NCBI GenBank assembly: GCA_010024875.1
Contig: RGFZ01000010.1
Span: forward strand, 4,728-68,727
Origin: Oxalobacteraceae bacterium
GTDB taxonomy: Bacteria > Pseudomonadota > Gammaproteobacteria > Burkholderiales > Burkholderiaceae_D
DNA length: 64,000 nt
Reading direction: 5' to 3'
Positions 59,037 through 64,000 of the stretch are shown here, piece by piece. Position 1 is the first letter of the stretch. Every line of letters starts with the position of its first letter. The notes beneath the pieces are model-generated. The model had not been told where the DNA came from. It saw nothing but the letters and a program-made list of their open reading frames with translations, and ran no database searches. The position numbers and the translations under genes are program-made.

Positions 59037-59450
59037 CGCCGTTGGTTCAATGGTCGCTGTTGGGTAGTGTCCGTGATCTGGGCAAACCCACCGAATACCC
59101 GTATTTTTATTAATGTTTAGGCTCTCTATTATTCAATAAATTTCCCGGACCGTAAGCGAAAAATATGAACCCTACCGAGATTATTAAGAAACCAATAACA
59201 GTACGCTCAACCAGCGCCGAAAAAGCTGACGCATTTCTGACGAACATCCTCTGAAGGGGTCAATCTGTGGGTTCAGGTACGCCGCGCCGAAGGCCATTGG
59301 AAACTTCATTTCATTAAAGACAATTCCTGGTACTAGACTTGAGGGAAATAAGTTTCAAAAATTCCGGGCTTTCAATAAAATCACGGCGGTGCACTGGACG
59401 CGTTGGCGCTCGGTCTTGATTTTTGACTCATTCACTTACAGGGAATAGAC

Positions 59451-59792
59451 ATGGCAGTCGATAAAGATTACGGCAATCTGCTGGTCGGCAAAGGCGTGAC
59501 GATCAATGGCGTCTTTCAGGTTCCTGGCGAAGCGTTCATCGATGGCAAGGCCGAGGGGGAGCTTACCGCAGATGCGATCAATGTGACCGCGAATGGTGTC
59601 GTGACCGGCAATGCCGTAGCCAGCCACGTGAAGGTAGCCGGACTGATGGAAAAATCAATCACTGCCAAGACCTCGCTCCTGGTTGAATCGACCGGCTCGG
59701 TTCGTGGCTCCATCACCTACTCTGATCTCGAGATCCGCAAAGGCGGCGAGGTGGAAGGAAATATCGTCATTCTTGGCAGTGGCAGCAAGTAA
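59451..59792 (+). CDS. Bactofilin (polymer-forming cytoskeletal protein)
   Basis: LLVGKGVTINGVF...IDGKAEGEL...G.V.GSITY..LEI.KGG.VEG beta-helix repeats. Confidence 0.88.
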   Translation: MAVDKDYGNLLVGKGVTINGVFQVPGEAFIDGKAEGELTADAINVTANGVVTGNAVASHVKVAGLMEKSITAKTSLLVESTGSVRGSITYSDLEIRKGGEVEGNIVILGSGSK

Positions 59793-59815
59793 GGCCTGCC
59801 ATCTCCTGATTAATC

Positions 59816-60625
59816 ATGACCACCGTCTCTCTGCGCGTGCCGGGCTGGCGCGGCGCGATAGAGCGCTTTGTGATGCACCCGTGGATACAACATCTGCTGG
59901 TGGTGCTGATCGTTTTGAACGCGCTGATTCTGGGGTTAGAGACGGATGCCCGGATCCACGAATCGATAGGCCATTATCTGATGGCTATCGACCATATGAT
60001 CCTGGTAATCTTTATCGCGGAACTGGTGCTGTTGATATCAGCACGCGGCCTGCGGTTCTTTACTGATCCGTGGTGCGTGTTCGATTTCATCGTGGTCGGC
60101 ATTGCACTGGTGCCCGCGACGGGCAGCTTGTCAGTGCTGCGTGCGCTCAGGGTCTTGCGGGTACTTCGCTTGATCAACAAAGTGGAGAGCATGCGCAAAG
60201 TGGTCAGTGGCTTGCTGACCTCCCTGCCCAGCCTGGGCTCGGTGTTCAGCCTGATAGTCATCATCTTCTATGTGTCGTCGGTCATCGCCACCAACACGTT
60301 CGGTGCAGCATTTCCCGAGCTGTTTGGTGACATGTTCTTGAGCGCTTTCACGCTGTTTCAGGTGATGACACTGGAGGGCTGGTCGGAGGGTATAGCGCGG
60401 CCGGTGATGCAGGTATTTCCTTACGCATGGATCTTTTTTCTGCTTTTCATCCTGATCGCGACTTTTGTGATCGTGAATCTGTTCATTGCAGTGATCGTTG
60501 ATTCACTGAACTCTCCGTCCAAGTCGGCTCATCCGCCGCTCGCAGAATCGGAACTGAAGGCGCTGCGCGAAGAAATTGCCGAGCTGCGTCAGCTACTGAT
60601 CGAGCAGAAAAAAACTGAACATTAG
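59816..60625 (+). CDS. Bacterial voltage-gated Na+/Ca2+ channel (BacNav family)
   Basis: DPWCVFDFIVV, S4 LRALRVLRVLRL, FPELFG, filter TLEGWSE-GIARPV, NLFIAVIVD, C-terminal coiled coil. Confidence 0.92.
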   Translation: MTTVSLRVPGWRGAIERFVMHPWIQHLLVVLIVLNALILGLETDARIHESIGHYLMAIDHMILVIFIAELVLLISARGLRFFTDPWCVFDFIVVGIALVPATGSLSVLRALRVLRVLRLINKVESMRKVVSGLLTSLPSLGSVFSLIVIIFYVSSVIATNTFGAAFPELFGDMFLSAFTLFQVMTLEGWSEGIARPVMQVFPYAWIFFLLFILIATFVIVNLFIAVIVDSLNSPSKSAHPPLAESELKALREEIAELRQLLIEQKKTEH

Positions 60626-60640
60626 GTAAATACGCAAGCA

Positions 60641-60680
60641 CAATAAAAAATGCCGCAGCACGCTGCGGCATTTTTTATTG
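60641..60680. terminator. Bidirectional intrinsic terminator
   Basis: caataaaaaatgccgcagc-ac-gctgcggcattttttattg, 19-bp perfect inverted repeat. Confidence 0.85.
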
Positions 60681-60686
60681 TACGAA

Positions 60687-60791
60687 TTATCTTTTCTTCA
60701 TCCGCTCGATATTTTGCCGGTTGAAGTGATTGGCCATCATGAAACCCGCGCCAACAACCCAGATGAACAACAGAATTTGCCAGATCTTCAT
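60687..60791 (-). CDS. Small single-TM protein (34 aa), downstream of pucBA
   Basis: MKIWQILLFIWVVGAGFMMANHFNRQNIERMKKR; GGAGAG RBS; stops just before the terminator. Confidence 0.55.
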   Translation of the reverse strand: MKIWQILLFIWVVGAGFMMANHFNRQNIERMKKR

Positions 60792-61086
60792 GCGACTCTC
60801 CCGATGAATTTGTGGTGGAACGTTCCTGCTTTGCTGTGGCCAGTCCACGCTGAACCTAGATTCCGCCTGCCGAATCACCCCTGCGGAAACAGCCCGGGAA
60901 CGCGGGCTCTTTACACGTCCCTTATATCCCTATTATTGCCTAAATCTGGCGATCGGGTGCCAGCGGGGCTGACGCCCGCCACCGATGCCGGCACACCTGC
61001 AGAGCGTCTCTCAGAATCATCCCGACGCGCCGGATGATTGTGAAAGCGTCCCTGACCTATCGTTTTATCTGCTTGCACTACGTGGC

Positions 61087-61117
61087 CGAAGTCCGGGACC
61101 GTGGGTCCCGGACTTCG
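61087..61117 (-). other. Strong stem-loop 8 nt downstream of pucA
   Basis: cgaagtccgggacc-gtg-ggtcccggacttcg, 14-bp perfect stem. Confidence 0.65.
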
Positions 61118-61125
61118 AAGGACGA

Positions 61126-61347
61126 CTATTTTCGTCCCACTTCCTGCAAACTCAATGCCGCCACCTGTGGCGACTCGGGCTGGATGCTCGATACCTGAGC
61201 AGCGCTGCCATTGAGGAACTTCTTGACCCAGGTGGTATTCAGGGTCAGGGCCAGATGCACCGAAAACGACGCGACTGCGACCGCTCCGATGACGATGGGA
61301 ATACCCACCGACGGCTTAACAACGCACCACATTTTTCCATAGATCAT
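61126..61347 (-). CDS. pucA: Light-harvesting complex 2 alpha apoprotein
   Basis: MIYGKMWCVVKPSVGIP...A.S.SVH(31)...TTW(40); typical LH2 alpha layout with extended C-terminus. Confidence 0.93.
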   Translation of the reverse strand: MIYGKMWCVVKPSVGIPIVIGAVAVASFSVHLALTLNTTWVKKFLNGSAAQVSSIQPESPQVAALSLQEVGRK

Positions 61348-61365
61348 GTCTAGTCTCCCCTTCCC

Positions 61366-61518
61366 TTAGTGAAGCCAGGGTGAATAGATATACGCGAGCA
61401 GATGAGCGAATGCTGCGATCATTCCGAAAAGCTGCGTACCTTGGATCAAATGACGGTGTATTTCTTCTGATTCGGCCTCCGTTAAACCGGTCGGCCAAAC
61501 TTTGTCTTTGTCAGACAT
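61366..61518 (-). CDS. pucB: Light-harvesting complex 2 beta apoprotein
   Basis: ATG 61518 after AGGAGG; VWPTGLTEAESEEIH...AAFAHLLAYIYSPWLH. Confidence 0.95.
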   Translation of the reverse strand: MSDKDKVWPTGLTEAESEEIHRHLIQGTQLFGMIAAFAHLLAYIYSPWLH

Positions 61519-61617
61519 CGTGACACCTCCTAGAAAGACATCGCTTACGACTGGATCCATCTCGACGCATCAGCGAGGACACGCAGAATGGCATTGACCA
61601 ACTATCGGTGTAATCGG

Positions 61618-61661
61618 TGTAAGGCCTTCATTACACTTCTAATTGTCCATGAATATTGACA
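61618..61661. promoter_or_regulatory. Tandem PpsR/CrtJ binding palindromes upstream of pucBA
   Basis: TGT-aaggccttcatt-ACA (61618-61635) and TGT-ccatgaatattg-ACA (61644-61661): both exact TGT-N12-ACA, 8 bp apart. Confidence 0.85.
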
Positions 61662-61777
61662 ATTTTTCGGGCGCTAGTCAACCAACTGGTCAGAAAAAAT
61701 ACGCCCAGAATGCAAAAATCCCCGGGATTCCGGGGATTTAGTTAACAGATGCTTACTGTTTCGTTTCGAAAAGGATA

Positions 61778-62677
61778 TCAGTCTGCTCTTCCGCAAAACG
61801 CCAGTATCTCGTCTGCGATCCGCTGCGGAGACTCTCGTTGAGGGAAATGCCCGAGTCCTTCCAACACCACACGCTTGTAGGGGCCATTGAACCAACGCTC
61901 TTTGTCCGCCGAGCTTTGCACGGGATTGACGCCATCCTCCACACCGTGCAGCACCAGCATCGGGGCGTCGAGTACAGGCAAGGGCTTGAGCGCGGCTTCG
62001 TCAGCATCATAGGCAGGGTCGCCCGCCACTAATCCCCAGCGATGACGGTAGGAAGTCAGCACGACGCTGACCCAGTCGGGATTGTCAAACGCCTTGGCGG
62101 TCGCCTCGAATTCTTCCTCGTCATACCAGCCCGCAGGCGCCCACGTCTCCCACATGATGCGGGCAAATCCGCGCCTGTCTTGCGCGAGTGATTTCGCGCC
62201 CAGCGGCGTATCCATGTACCAGTGGTACCAGTAGTTTTTTGCCTGCTGCAGAGACATCGGCTGGCTGGGATCGTTGGTGCCATAACCTACAGACACCATC
62301 ACAAGGTGCGAACCTATGCCGCGCACCAGAGCACCGGCGATCGCCACCGCTCTCGCACCCCAATCGTGCCCGACCAGCACGGGCCGGTCGAGCTTCAGCA
62401 TGTGGACCAATTCAATGAGATCGCGTCCCAGCGCCGCCAGCTGACCGCTGCGCGGCGTATCGGCGGATAAAAATCGCGTACCGGCATATCCGCGCACCGA
62501 TGGCGCGATGACTCGGTATCCAGCACTCGCCAACAAAGGCGCGGTGGTAAACCAGGTGCGGACTGAGTCTGGCCAGCCATGGACCAGCACGGCCGTGCGT
62601 CGGCCTTCGGGATTCCACTCGAGATATTCGATCTCGAGACGCGATGTGTTCACTGAGTGCGCCGTGTATGTGCTCAT
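61778..62677 (-). CDS. Alpha/beta hydrolase (epoxide hydrolase-like)
   Basis: HGWPD, RGYAGT, GHDWGA (Asp nucleophile), GHFPQRE. Confidence 0.9.
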   Translation of the reverse strand: MSTYTAHSVNTSRLEIEYLEWNPEGRRTAVLVHGWPDSVRTWFTTAPLLASAGYRVIAPSVRGYAGTRFLSADTPRSGQLAALGRDLIELVHMLKLDRPVLVGHDWGARAVAIAGALVRGIGSHLVMVSVGYGTNDPSQPMSLQQAKNYWYHWYMDTPLGAKSLAQDRRGFARIMWETWAPAGWYDEEEFEATAKAFDNPDWVSVVLTSYRHRWGLVAGDPAYDADEAALKPLPVLDAPMLVLHGVEDGVNPVQSSADKERWFNGPYKRVVLEGLGHFPQRESPQRIADEILAFCGRAD

Positions 62678-63094
62678 GATGTCGCCGTAGTGCAGATGCG
62701 CTGGATAAAAAAATGGACAAGGTGCGCGCGAGGTTTTCGCGCGCTGTGGGCGACTATAGCCTCAAGCAAAGCCGGCGGCTATTTGTGGATCGTGAACCAA
62801 AGTTTGCAAACGCTACCTGAGCCGCGCAAAAGGTTTTAAATTTATTAATCGATGTGGGCTATCCGCCTTCATTTGCCTCTTTTGAGCGCATCCGAGCTGA
62901 TTTCGCAGCCAAAAATTGCACACATGTTTTGAATGATGGGTCGTTTGATGGCACAATTTCGAGCTTTGCTATTTATCTTCGAGAAGCGAGCGTTGTCGAA
63001 CTTGCCACATCTTTCGACGCGCAGGCACGGTCTTGCAGAGCCGGCTGTGGTGCGTGGATCAAGAACTCTATCCTGGATAAATACGACTTAAAAA

Positions 63095-64000
63095 ATGCAA
63101 GGATTACATCTCACCGCCGATCTGGCCGGATGCCGACAAAACCTGTCGCTGATGACAGATGTCGACATGCTGCGCAGCACCTGCCTGAATCTCGTCGAGG
63201 CCTCTGGCCTCACCGTGGTGGGAGAGCTGTTCCATGCCTTCCCCGGCCTCACCGAGGGCGAGAGTGGCGGTATCACCGGGACTGTGCTTCTGGCTGAATC
63301 GCATCTGGCTCTGCACACCTGGCCTGAGCAACAAGCGGTAACGCTGGATGTCTACGTGTGTAACTTCTCTACGGATAACAGCAACAAGGCGACGCAATTG
63401 CTGGATTCGCTGATCGGTCTGTTCAACCCCGAAGACGCAAACCGCCAAAGCCTGCTGCGCGGAGAGGTCGGCCGTGCGCACTCGGGCGCTGATGCGGCGA
63501 TGGGCCACGAATACCTGAACAAAAACAGTTCCTACGCCTATCGTCTTGGACCGCTGCTACATCGTGAACAGTCTCAGTACCAGCTAATCGAGGTGCATGA
63601 ATCGCCGCAATTCGGCAAGCTGTTCCGGCTGGATGGCGACTACATGACCTCCGAAGGTGAAGAATTTTTTTACCACGAGGCTCTGGTGCATCCTGCTGCG
63701 CTTTCGCATGGCAATATTCGCACGGCGCTGATCCTTGGCGGCGGTGACGGCGGCTCCGCAGAAGAATTGCTGAAGTATCCGAGCGTTGAGCGCATCGTAC
63801 TGGCAGAACTCGACGAGGCGGTCGTTCGCATTTCGCGCGAATTTTTCGGCAATATTCACAAAGGCGCGCTCGACGATGCGCGGGTCGATATCCGCATCGG
63901 TGACGGGCTGGGCTATGTGCGCGACAGCAGCCAGCGTTTCGATCTCGTCCTACTCGATCTGACTGATCCCGACACGCCAGCATCACAGCTCTACACTGCA
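63095..64000 (+). CDS. speE: S-adenosylmethionine decarboxylase-spermidine synthase fusion (SpeD-SpeE), 3'-truncated by window edge
   Basis: Not in the ORF track. Manual translation from ATG 63095 is open to the end: MQGLHLTADL...LLAE/SHLALHTWPE (pyruvoyl cleavage site)...DVYVCN, linker, then SQYQ.I, FGKLFRLDG, FFYHEALVHP, LILGGGDGG, ELD, GDG, LDLTDP. Confidence 0.92.
   Translation, partial: MQGLHLTADLAGCRQNLSLMTDVDMLRSTCLNLVEASGLTVVGELFHAFPGLTEGESGGITGTVLLAESHLALHTWPEQQAVTLDVYVCNFSTDNSNKATQLLDSLIGLFNPEDANRQSLLRGEVGRAHSGADAAMGHEYLNKNSSYAYRLGPLLHREQSQYQLIEVHESPQFGKLFRLDGDYMTSEGEEFFYHEALVHPAALSHGNIRTALILGGGDGGSAEELLKYPSVERIVLAELDEAVVRISREFFGNIHKGALDDARVDIRIGDGLGYVRDSSQRFDLVLLDLTDPDTPASQLYTA

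Noticed and set aside
59078-59105. c-di-GMP-I riboswitch-like GGGCAAACC in the channel intergenic region (similar at ~53363)
   Set aside because: No GNRA-capped P2 stem and no downstream GACGCAAAGC element.
62880-62925. SAM-II-like words (GCTGATTT, GCAGCCAAAAA) upstream of speD
   Set aside because: The pieces are adjacent with no room for P1/P2 pseudoknot pairing and lie ~170 nt from the start codon.
62854-63297. 147-aa ORF upstream of and overlapping speD
   Set aside because: Out of frame with the well-supported SpeD-SpeE gene and has no recognisable features.
1-64000. CRISPR arrays, tRNA/rRNA genes, integrases or transposases
   Set aside because: No regularly spaced repeats, cloverleaf or rRNA signatures, or recombinase/transposase motifs were seen; a tRNAscan/Infernal run would be needed to exclude small RNAs.

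Overview
64 kb from a GC-rich bacterium, most likely a Betaproteobacterium (Burkholderiales-like gene content; inference) that is an anoxygenic phototroph, since it carries a pucBA light-harvesting-2 operon with tandem PpsR/CrtJ boxes. About 57 kb is a dense catabolic/uptake region: four Liv-type and one NitT/TauT-type ABC binding proteins, CoA-transferase, GMC oxidase, ALDH, ADHs, SDRs, crotonases, thiolase, GGT, cyclase, BVMO, amidohydrolases and sugar-acid dehydratases. Main points of interest: (1) a ~16 kb co-directional operon (36005-52421) opposite a TetR gene, where an ABC ATPase is fused to a Tm-1-like (UPF0261) domain and is followed by a PEP-hydrolase-like TIM barrel, a flotillin, an SRPBCC protein, an SRPBCC-oxidoreductase fusion and a VOC enzyme; (2) a divergent pair of voltage-gated channel genes, both with non-canonical selectivity filters (ISGWGN instead of TVGYGD; TLEGWSE instead of TLESWSM), flanking a bactofilin; (3) an LH2 whose alpha chain has the Phe44/Leu45 signature of blue-shifted B800-820 antennae; (4) a low-GC orphan with a CNF1/CheD/YfiH-like Cys-His motif next to a di-heme oxidoreductase gene remnant; (5) two enzymes with clean in-frame internal deletions; (6) a speD-speE fusion running off the right end that the ORF track misses. 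No rRNA, tRNA, CRISPR array or intact transposase was recognised. All family assignments come from motif recognition by eye; no database searches were run.
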